In this document: piece by piece, positions 39,542-49,562 of the stretch
Numbering within the stretch: the stretch's first letter is position 1
Layout of the letters: every line of letters starts with the position of its first letter
Source of the DNA: Bilabrum cf. latius
Lineage: Eukaryota
DNA length: 64,000 bases
Assembly (NCBI GenBank): GCA_965178125.1
Contig: OZ237773.1
Location: 186,001 to 250,000 of the forward strand
Direction of reading: 5' to 3'
Program-made: the position numbers and the translations under genes
Notes under the pieces: model-generated
Told to the model about the DNA's origin: nothing
What the model saw: only the letters and a program-made list of their open reading frames with translations
The model's database searches: none

Positions 39542-40330
39542 ATACAGAAATACAGAAATACAGAAATACATTGTTGGGTAAAGATTCCACAAGCACCCAG
39601 ATGCACCGTTGCCCCCGAAGGGGTTCGAGTGATCACCTGAATCCAGAGGAGTCCTCAAACAAGGACTACAAGACCCCCAACCCTTTCAGGCCAAAGGCCC
39701 CCCAATCTCAGCCTACACCGCCGAGTCCCCTTTATTCGCCATCAATGTGGTCCCCCACAAGCCCTCAGCCTGATGCCTTCACAGGGAGAAAGCATACAGG
39801 TGCGGAGCATGTGCCCGGCACAAAGCGCGGTCCAGTCCCACATCAGGGTCCCCTGCCGGGACCCACCATTTCCTCCTCCATGACCGTCTCTGCGTCTCAT
39901 GGTCCTTCAGAGAGGCTAGCATGCACGCGCTCATGCCTTTGGCCCATTGCCTCTCTATGTCCCTTAGCTAGCCGTGGGGCTTAAACATCCGTCGCTGTAG
40001 CCGAGCGTTCGCATTGGTTGCCGCTATCAGCTCTTGCGTGGCCGTGGCGGCAAGAGCAGCCGCCGCATCGCCTCGCATCCACTGCCTGCACGTCAGCTAC
40101 TCCTGCTAGCGCAGCTGGTTCCTGATCACCTGCACCACTCGGTTGGCCAGCTCCTTGACAGCTGTCCGTTCCGATGACCGCGCAATCGTACGCTCTATCC
40201 GAGTGAGTGCGTCTTCGACGATTGGCTTGGCCCTGCTGGTGCGCTCCAGCTTCTCGTCCCAAGGGTCCTGAGCGAGAGCTGTCTTCGCCCATGCTTTCCG
40301 GAGAGAGGCAGGGGACCTCCCTCTATTCTG
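39542..40330 (-). mobile_element. Longer copy of the non-LTR retroelement-like repeat: C-terminal ORF fragment (TGA 39779), ~230-nt 3' UTR, (TATTTCTG)3 tail; 5' boundary approximate
   Basis: 39542-39923 matches 24451-24824. The minus-strand frame of ORF 40106-40525 continues through TAGs to TGA 39779-39781. Confidence 0.6.
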
Positions 40331-40539
40331 ATCCGCATCATCGGGTTGCCACGGTCTCGTTCCGGCATGATGGTCGGATTCGGGATTTCGTGATTGCGTG
40401 CGCTTTGGGGTTGGTTGCACCAGCAATATACCAGATCTGAATCGAACATCTGCACCAAAATTGGGCAGATCTAGGCAGACAGCATTTACAGCAAGTTGTA
40501 CATTTCTTACTTCGTCATTTATCACTCAAGAACAGCTCC

Positions 40540-41988
40540 ATGTTTGCGGTTACGATAGCACTACTATGCCTCGCGGTCGTGTCCCTGGGTTCCAAGACCT
40601 CCGTTAGTATCTGTGGTGACGGGACACAATGGTGCGTGAATGGCAGAGAGACCAACAAAGGTGCGAAACAGCGTTCATGCTCCAAACTGTTATGCAGGAG
40701 AGCTTCAACTGAGAAAGTGGTGCAGCAGTTGCAGTTGACTCTTTATTCGCAGGATCCAAGGCCGAAGGTCTTCTGATAAACAGCCGAATGATCCAAGGCA
40801 TATTTGATGATGAAAACTCTACTACCGTGGACATGTGGAAGTACCCTGACACTGGGCGGTAAGCTGTACTGAACGCAATAATGATGATCTTGCATCGCTG
40901 TCGAACGTATTGACCAAGCCTTTGCACTGGATCACTCCGTACTTACAGTTGGGACCCGGCTCGCAACACCAATGAATTCATCGGTAATATCTCCTAGTGG
41001 GTGTCCAAGGGACTTAACGGCTTCACGGTCGGCATGCAGGGCGGCGGGCCAGTGGGCGGCCATTTCGGGGACAAGCAGCCCTTCATCACCACTGCGTACA
41101 ACCCCGACGGCAGCCTAAAAGCCTCATGGAACGACCGTATCACGCAGATCCTGCGCGCGGCGGACGACGCCGGCGCAGTCGTGATCGTGCAGTGCTTCTA
41201 CCACGCGCAGACGAGGCGGCTTGCCGGTGACATCCCAGTGCAGAAGGCCATCAACGAGACGGTTGACCTGATCGTTTCAGGGGGATGGACCAATGCGGTG
41301 CTGGAGGTACTCAAGTGAGAGACTAGCGGGGTGCGGGGTGGGGGGGAAGTGCATGCCCTGCATCGGCCTGTCTGTTGCCTCCAGTGCAGCTGCCCATGAG
41401 CTTGGCTCTAGGTCAGGCTAGTGGTTGCTTGCCGGTCACGCGCGCCAAGCACGGCATTTCCCATCTCATCAATCGTTCCCTCCATGCTTCCTAAACTATG
41501 TTCACTACCGCAGCGAGGTGAACGTGGGCACCCAGGACAATCCGCCCTACCTGCAGCCAGATGTGATCCAGGTCGCCATCGCGCAGGCCCAGGCGAGGGG
41601 CAAAGGGCACCTGCTCGTGTCCAGCTCCTGGGGGGGAAGGTCCACCATGCCCACAGAGGCGTGTGTGGCGCAGGAGGACTTCGTGCTGCTGCACTGCAAT
41701 TCAATGCAGCCCGGTGAGATCGGGCCCTACCTGCAGACGATCCGGAGCATGTCTGCGTACTCCAGCAAGCCCAAGCCCATCCTGTTCAACGAGTGCTCCG
41801 TGGACTTGGGCGTGTTTCAGCAGGCGGTGCAGCACGGCGCCGGGTGGGGCTACTATGACCAGGGCACGAGCGACTACAACGACGGGTACCAGTCCCCGCC
41901 CACGTCCTGGCTGGACCGTGGGACGAGCAGCAAGGAGGGGTTCTTCGCGATGGTGCAGAACCTGACGAGCGCTGGGTATGGGCAGTGA
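40540..41988 (+). CDS. Secreted glycoside hydrolase-like TIM-barrel protein; exons 40540-40660, 40753-40858, 40949-41314, 41514-41988
   Basis: Signal peptide. Spliced GLLINSRMIQGIFDDEN...YPDTG-WDPARNTNEFI, LEVLNE, KPILFNE, WGYYDQG..DY..GYQSPP. Three GT-AG introns; TAG at 40995; TGA. Confidence 0.8.
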
Positions 41989-42107
41989 GTCGCTGCCACT
42001 GGCAGCAGTGACACCGGTGCTAACCAGCCGGGAGCCTGAAATTCCACCCATTGCTCACAGTACTCGTACAGGTCAACTTTGCTGAAATCAATCAGTACGA
42101 ATGCATT

Positions 42108-43207
42108 TTATTCATTCATTGGTTGGCCACTTTTCTTTTTGCCCGCCCTCATGGAGCTGGCGCTGTCCCTTGCTCGCTCACTCACGCGCTCCTGACCACC
42201 TTTCAAAGTTGAGGCTGATGTGGTGACCACGACTCCGTCCTCTCTTGCACATTTGGCCAGCTCTTCACCCAGTACGGAAGGAGCCGACTTGCACTCGTTG
42301 GTGTCACAGTAAAATCCATCTGAATTTCGCCATTGTCCTGCATATCTGCCTTTTTTGAAGCCCTGGAGCCCTCCCACCGCTCTGGGTGAAGCTGGCGGCT
42401 GGGCTTCGCTGAGCCTCATCATCATGCGGCGTATGCTGTCCTCGTCACCGGTGCCGGTCGGCTCTCCTTGCTATGCATCAGATCTGTAGGAACAAGTAAA
42501 TTCGACCACCTTTGGCTTCGCGAGCGCTGCCGCGAAGGAGTTTGCCACCGAGGCAGTATCGTGCTCCCTGCTCTTTTCGAGCTCCTGCAGCACACTGAGG
42601 ACGAGCACTTGCTTGGGAGAGCGCAGACGAAGTTGCTTGCTCTTCACAAAATTTCGCTAGCGCAGCTTCATTCGTCGTGGGATTCCGATGCGAAGCTGCC
42701 CGCGGTCGGCATAGTCCTAAGACAGCTCGCCTGCGGCGATGCTAGAGCCTGTGGCGCCCGAGCCGATCGAGCCCGACAGCGTACAGTCGTTCATGCCATC
42801 ACTGCCGACGTGCAAAGTTCCCTCTGTAAAGTCACCATTAACTATCATTGATTTGGCCCTCATGCAGGCTTTGGGCTCCACATTCTCTAGATGCACTGCC
42901 TTTGCCCGGGGGTGCACAACTTGGGGTCCCTCTTCCGCGAAAGCTCCCTATCTTCCGCGCCGTGAGCGTTTGGGGATGCTATGCCACGAATCTGAATCAA
43001 TTTTGCTATTACTTTGATATTTTTTAATCGTTGGCTGCAATGTAGCGACAGAAGTCAGTGAACTTCAACTAGACTGCTGCAGCACATTGGAATTGTCCAG
43101 CGAGGTATGAGGCTACATAGAACTCTCACCAAAGCAGCAGCACCAGCATGCGAAAACTCAGTTGCAATTCCAATGCGAGAGTCGGTAAGGGCGATGCACT
43201 GTCCCAT
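42108..43207 (-). CDS. Uncharacterised protein with MGQC N-terminus (possible myristoylation/palmitoylation); exons 43207-43130 and 43034-42108
   Basis: Intron 43129-43035 (GTGAG...CTGAC...TGCAG); four in-frame TAG; ends at TAA 42108-42110. Confidence 0.6.
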
Positions 43208-43554
43208 GGTTTAGCAGATTCCTGGAATGATCTGGAGCGAAGTGACGTTTGGGTGATTCCGGCTGCGATTTGTGGCTCCGAACTGCTAGCGACCCAGGCT
43301 TGCAAAAATGCATGTCAGGCTGCTGGCATCCAGGATACTCCAAATAGTAGATGTGGCGTAAAAGCACACCTGAAAGAATTGAATGCTGGCACACGCAATC
43401 CGCCCACAAATGCAATAATCCGAAGAGGCCCACCACCGGCAGCGTGCATAGATCTAGGCAAAAGCCCACCCCAATCGAATGCCGAGCCCATGCCCATGCC
43501 GAGCCCATGCCCCCGGCCAAGCAAGACCTCTCTCCACCCGCGCCGCCGCTCTCA

Positions 43555-44699
43555 TCACACGTCCGCCTTGACCACCGGGTTGGCCGTGGGCGTGGACGCC
43601 GATGGGGTGAGCACCTCCACACCCCCCCCTCCCTCCAGGGGGCGGGGGGGGGCCGTCCGCGGCACGGCGGTCTTGGCAGTGGGCTCATGGAATACCAGCC
43701 AGTAGATGAGGGCGAACACGGCCCCGCCAACCAGGGGTGCGATCCAGAAGATCCAGTGGTCCTTAAAGTTGCCCGAGATGACCGCAGTGCCGAAGCTCCT
43801 GGCCGGGTTGATGGAGCAGCCGTCGACTGGGATCATGACAAAGTGGGCGAGCATGACAGCCATGCCGATCATGAACGGGCCGAAAGTGGGGAGCTGGGAG
43901 TGCTCCACGTGCTTCTGCTTGTCCGTGACCACCATCACCGTGAAGACCAGCAGACCGGTTGCAACCACCTCGCCCACGAAGGCGCCGCCACGCAGCCTCT
44001 TGTCGGCCACCTCGTTGGCGCCTCCCCCGTTGTCGAGGTATGCGTCCCTGTCCATGGCCGCCACGATGCCTGCGCCTGCGACGGCGCCGGCCATCTGAGC
44101 CAGCACGTAGAAAGCGAACCTGATCGCGGAGATTTTGCGGGTCACCAGGAGGCCCAGTGACACGGCTGGGTTGAAGTTGCCACCGCTGATGGGAGCCAGG
44201 ATGAACACAAGCACGGCAATCGAGAAACCGAACGCCATAGAAATCTGCAGAATCAATAAAACGATAGAAATGTGAAAATTGGGTGGCTTGGCATGACACA
44301 GCTATCCGGTAAGTCCCTGCGCGAGGACACCCGCTCATCGACGCGCCAGCAGGAAGACGCCGCTGTGAAAGCTCCACACCACATTCAATGGCAGATCAAG
44401 TGCCAAGAGGGATTGATGTTTGCCATTCAAGTACACAATTCAGTCAAATACCATTGCAATCATCTAGAAAAGGCGAGGTACCAAGACATTCTCTGGTGCA
44501 ACCTAGTCAACGAGTCTGCCCTCACCGTCTGCACAAAGCCAGCACCTTCACTGCCTCCTTTGACTCCAAATATGACTGTACCAATTGTTACAAACAGGAA
44601 GAATGTCATGCCGATGAATTCGGCCAGGACACTGCGCCAGAAATCCCATTGATACAGTAGCTCTACGCCGATCACTGGCACTTCATCCTCATCAACCAT
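43555..44699 (-). CDS. Aquaporin (MIP family); exons 44699-44526 and 44244-43555
   Basis: FWRSVLAEFIG, ISGGNFNPAVS, GCSINPARSFG, HWIFWIAP. Intron 44525-44245; TGA. Confidence 0.93.
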
Positions 44700-45066
44700 G
44701 GGTGCTACTAGGCCGTCGCGGGCACTCAGGGAGCGCTACTAATCAAGGGTCCGTGATGACATACTGATGGGTACGTGGCCTTTCTGTGTCTACGGGTAGG
44801 TTGCGTGTTTCTGTAGCTCGCGCGCCAAACCGGGAGTTGCGAGCACTTTGTTGCGGTGGTGCAGTTGCCGTGCCAATCCTGGGCTGACTCAGCGAAACTC
44901 ATCGGGGCGGGAACAAATCGACATGCCCCCTTAACTGAGCTTCCAGACGCAGCTGCCACGCGCACACGACACATCCAGGATCATAGCAAAGCAAATCAAA
45001 CCAAGCTGCATTCTGCACAGAGCCTGCGAACCGCGGACTGCATTGGGCTAAACCGCACCTGCCGGT

Positions 45067-47082
45067 TCATTTAGCGGGGTAGGAGAACTCCAGCGGTTGC
45101 CCCGCGTCCTTGAGCGCCTGCCGCAGCTCCTTCGCCCTCCCGTCCTCCCCAAGCACTTGCTCGGTGCTCGCCCACCCGTTGCTCACCATCAGCCCCGCAG
45201 CCACGCCGGCGGCCTGTCCCGTGCTCCACTCCTCGGGATGCAGCCTCGTGGCGGCGTTGGCCTTGTACGATTGCGCCATGCCTTTGCCCGCCACCATCGC
45301 ATTCGTCACACCGCCGATGGTCAGCGCCCGGTAGGGGATGTAGTAGGGCAGCACGGTGTGGTTCGCAATGTAGGGAGGAATGTTCGCTCCGCAGTCCACG
45401 GCGTGGATGTCGTCATTGTACTGACCGATCGCGATCGTGTCCTCAAACCGGAACCCCTTGCCGCCCTCGGAGGCGGGGGGTGCCACCGGTTGCAGCGGGG
45501 CTCCGCTGTCGTCACACCGGCCCGCGAGGTGGCACCACAGCAGCCGGAAATTATTTATTCCGGTCACCACCCGCCTGGAGCCCCGCAGATACGGAAACTT
45601 CACGAGGCCGGTCTACGTGCCCGGCATGTCCCTCCTCATCTGGAGGCGCCGCTGCTCGCTCGTCGTGTTCTGCGACAGGGCCCACCAGTAGGACCCGTAG
45701 GCCCGCTGTTCCGCGCCCCGGAGTGACGTCAGGTTGAATCCGCCGGCCCATGACCCGGACGATGCTTGTTCCCTGGTTGATCCGATCCCAAGGAACAGCT
45801 GCGCCGTGTCATAGTCGTTGCCTCCGGCCCAGTTCTGCTGCACGCTGTCGCCGGGGAACACGCTCGCAGGGGGGATCCATCCGAGGTGTGACGAGTGGTT
45901 CGTATCGTGTGACGAGTGCGATTTGGGACCCCCGTACACGTTCCGCCTGTACATCCAGATCTGCGCCCAGGTGAAGTTGTGTTGCCACGCGAAGGGTGGG
46001 TTTGCCTCGCTGGGCTTGAGCCCTTTCGGAGGCTACCACTCCCCCGGGCCCGGGTCGGGCTCGTTGCTCGCCAGGTACCTCATGAAGTACGTGATGGTGG
46101 CTGCCTGCCCGCACTGGTCCAAGTAGGCGCATGGGGGCTGCCCTGAGCCAGGGAGGCCGCACGTCTCGTCGGGTGTCTCGATGCCGAAGCTCCAGTCGAT
46201 CAGGGGAGTGCTTCTGGCAGACGGTGCATGACCATGCTTGGCTTTTCCGTTGCGGTGGTGGTCGCTTGCTCTGGGTGACGGGTTTTCACCGGCCATGGCA
46301 GCAGTTTGCTCGCTTTCCGAAGTGGCTTGCGGGGCTCGTTTGGATATACCCGATGGGGCAAATGTTCGGCTGCCTGCCAGTGGGACGTGCATGGCGCCAC
46401 CGAGAGCAAGCACGTCGCCAAGTTCGGTGGCTTCGATCAGCGCAGTGAAATTGCGGAAGGTGATCTGCCTCTTGGTGGCTAGCGAGCTGTTGCTCGGGCT
46501 GTACCAGTCCTCGAATTGCGACGAAAGAAGCTGACTCCACTGATTCGAAGCATTACGAGGCGTTCGCTGGATAGCATCCAGCTATGATATGCGATACTGC
46601 GAGCCGCTCTGAGCCCCGTTCGGTTCACCCGCAGCGATCTTGGTTGGTACGGTATTCCAGTACACTCGCAGGTGATCAGCGTGTCCCGCGATGTGCTGCT
46701 GAACAAAGCTTTCCTAAGCAATTACAGGATCGAAGCATAGGTCAGATACCCAACAGTGCCCGGGGTTTCCGAAGTCAAACAGCTCCCATAGATACTGGAA
46801 CGACGTTGGGAGATTGGATCTATGGCTCATGTAGCTGCCGAAATCGATTGCAGGAACACTATTTAGCTAGCCACCTGCCCAGTCGTACGGCTCGAGCAGA
46901 CATGCTGTAGTATTCCTCCCATCCGGGTGTGTTGGAAACCTCTGCCGGAAGAACTCGGCTGTTGCAAACGAGGTGGAGAGTGCGGCCAAGCTGCCACCGG
47001 CAATCACCACATCGCAATCTGTGACTATTTCGCTTGACGCTGTGGTTTGAAAGACAGCCAACAACACTAGAAATTGAGCCAT
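45067..47082 (-). CDS. Secreted FAD-dependent oxidoreductase (FAD_oxidored/PF12831-like, ~671 aa)
   Basis: Signal peptide. DVVIAGGSLAA, LLEPYDWAGG[Q]L..VPAIDFG, IEATELGD, PYYIPYRAL, NAMVAGK, RLHPEEWSTGQAAG. 5 TAG; TGA. Confidence 0.88.
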
Positions 47083-47201
47083 AGGTTGCCCTGCGTTCGT
47101 CCAAATTATTAGATCTAGAGTCTAGACCCTAGATCTACAGGCTCCGCCTGCTATTCAAGCATAATCTTGTGAATTGTATATTGAAATGAACTCTCCATAC
47201 C

Positions 47202-47321
47202 GTCTTCGTTCATATGTGATTGGACCCGCCTGAGCCCTGCCGACCTCAGAAGCTAAGCAATCACCAGTCGGGCCAGTACTAGCGTGGGTGACCAGCTGGG
47301 AAGCCCCGATGATGAAGGCCC
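47202..47321 (+). rRNA. 5S rRNA: 5S rRNA gene
   Basis: ~120 nt GTCTTCG...GAAGCTAAGCA...AGTACT...TGGGTGACC...GGGAA...TGAAGGC aligns to eukaryotic 5S. Helix I GTCTTCG/TGAAGGC and helix II GTGATTG/CAATCAC pair. Confidence 0.92.
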
Positions 47322-47323
47322 TG

Positions 47324-47328
47324 TTTTT
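47324..47328 (+). terminator. Pol III oligo-T terminator of the 5S gene
   Basis: TTTTT immediately after the 5S 3' end. Confidence 0.7.
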
Positions 47329-47533
47329 GTCTAGCCACCAGTGTAGAGAACGTGTATTTGCCAAGTAGCTTCAGGGTTCGCCCCGTTTTTTGTACAAAAT
47401 TGAGGGTTTTTTCTTATTTTTGTCTGGATTTTGTTCCTTGCTCGGGGTGATCCGGAGTGAATATTGGGCCAACACGAAATGCAACCGGAATGCTTTGGAA
47501 CTTACAGCGAAGAAATTAAATCTACTTTGAACC

Positions 47534-49424
47534 ATGCCTCGCCGTGGTGGAAAACGGGTACGTTTAGCTTCCCTCTGCTTTGCTTGGATACTATAGTTAT
47601 GCATGCATCCTTTTGGTTGCCACGTTCACGTCTCGTCGTTGTCGCAGAAGAAGGCAAGGACACACGTAGATGCCGACAAAGTCCAGCAGGCAGCAGCCGG
47701 CTCAGAGAAAATACCGCGAACGTTTGTTATCAAGCGCGGCAAAGTGAGAGCGACAGGCCCCGCACATTTTGCGAACCACCATGCCCGCTAGCAGCTGCAA
47801 CTGCTGTTCAATTCAGGCTTGAATGGTTCCTGACGGAAGCATCATGCATGCATTTCGCATATTTCATTGTTGAACAACGCAGGTAGAGCCCGTTGTGGGG
47901 TCAGTGGTGCAGAGCCTACGGCAGATGATGCTCCCGTACACGGCGCAGAAGCTCAAGGCCAGAAAGACAAACAAGCTCAAGGATTTCGTGTCTGTAGCAG
48001 GCCCCATGGGAGTCACGCACCTCATGATGCTCACTCAGAGCAGAGAAAAGGACCCGGATCAGCAGCAGCCACAGAAGAAAGCTCACTCACCCTCCCCGGG
48101 CGGCCAGGCCGTGCCCACATCAGCAGCCTCCTCCTCCTCCTCCTCCTCCTCCGCCTCCAGCGGAACCGGCGCCGCGGCGAGCAGCGAGGCCCCCGAAGAC
48201 CTCGACGACACTATGGGCGCCGGCGTGCAGCTGCGGATCGCCCGCTTGCCTAGGGGCCCAACGCTCACGTTCAGGCTGCAGAGGTTCAGCCTCCCCGCGG
48301 AAGTGCTCGCATAGCAGAAGAGGCCGGCGGTGCCTCCCAGCGCATTCGAGACCCCGCCCCTTGTGGTCCTAAATGGGTTTTAGGGTGTGCCTGCTGATAG
48401 CAAGCGAGCGTCTGGAGAGGACGACGGCGATGAGGACGAAGACGAGTAGGCGTCCAGTGCCCCGGGTACTCCCAAGCATCTTGCTCTCGCATCCACCGTG
48501 CTTAAGTCCATGTTTCCAGCCATCAACATCGCAACGGTGCGACTTGGTGACTGCAGGAGGGTCTGCCTCTTCCACAGGGACCCGGTGAGCGGGTGCATTG
48601 AACTGCGGCAGTTCGTGGTGGGGCTGCGGCCCGCCGGCATCAGCAGAGGGGTCAGGAAGGCGGTTGCAACCAGGAAGCTGAACCTCGGCGCCGCGCAGGA
48701 TATTGCGGAACTTGTGGAGCGCGGGTCCACCAGGGGACTGGCGGCCCGCTCCTCCTCCTCATCTTCATCTTCGTTATCTGCGTCGGGCACGGTGGAAGAC
48801 GGCTACGTGTCTGCTGGCACTGCATCGGATAGCGAATGGGAGGAGGACGAGAGCCACGGGAGGGTGGTGCTCCCCGAGGGGAGGGGCTCCACAGGGAACA
48901 AGGGCCTGGGGTTGGGCTAGTCAGCGGTTCGGCTGACGGAGGCGGGTCCCCGGCTGTCCCTGCAACTGCTCAAGATCGAGTCTGGGCTGTGCGAGGGCAC
49001 TGTTCTCTGGCACGCGCACGTGTCCCTGAGCGATGGCCAGGCGAAGAGGCAGAGGAGGGATCATGCGGAGAGGCAGGCCCTGAGGAAGGCGCGGAGGGAC
49101 GAGCAGGCCAGGAATGTGGAGAAGAAGGAGCAGAGGAAGAAGGAGAGGGAGGAGCAGCGGGCGGCCAAGAAGAGGAGGAGGGAGCAGGCGGCGGAGGCTG
49201 CGGCTGAGGCGGCCGGGGGAGATGGAGACGGGACCGAGGCGGATGACGAGGATGAAGATGAAGATGATGGGAGCAGCAGCGAGGGGAGTGACGTTGGTGA
49301 AGATGAAGACAGCAATGAGGGGGCTGGGAGCGGGGATGGAGGTGGTGGGGATACCGACAGCGGTGATGAAAAGGAGGAAGGTGATGAAGCGGTCGTTGGA
49401 ACCAAGCGGAAGCGAGGCCAGTGA
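47534..49424 (+). CDS. PPAN: Peter Pan / Ssf1 Brix-domain ribosome biogenesis protein; exons 47534-47557, 47648-47743, 47883-49424
   Basis: MMLPYTAQKLK..KTNKLKDFVSVAGPMGVTH, RLPRGPTLTF, PLVVLNGF, MFPAIN, [Q]SAVRLTEAGPRLSLQLLKIE. TAG at 48312, 48381, 48447 and 48918; TGA. Confidence 0.93.
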
Positions 49425-49562
49425 TATGTGGAGGTATGAAATCGCTGAATTCCTCGCCAAGCAAGCAAGCAAGAGAATCTCACCAACTTGGAAAGCGATC
49501 AATCCTGCTTCCGGTTTGACAAGACAGGGCTCTACTGAGAGCATATCCAGCGTGTATGCCGC

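Noticed and set aside
47340-47470. tRNA (GGTTCG) or SL/snRNA next to the 5S gene
   Set aside because: No cloverleaf or recognisable U1/U2/U5/U6/SL signature could be built by eye; no suppressor tRNA-Gln(CUA) was seen in this window
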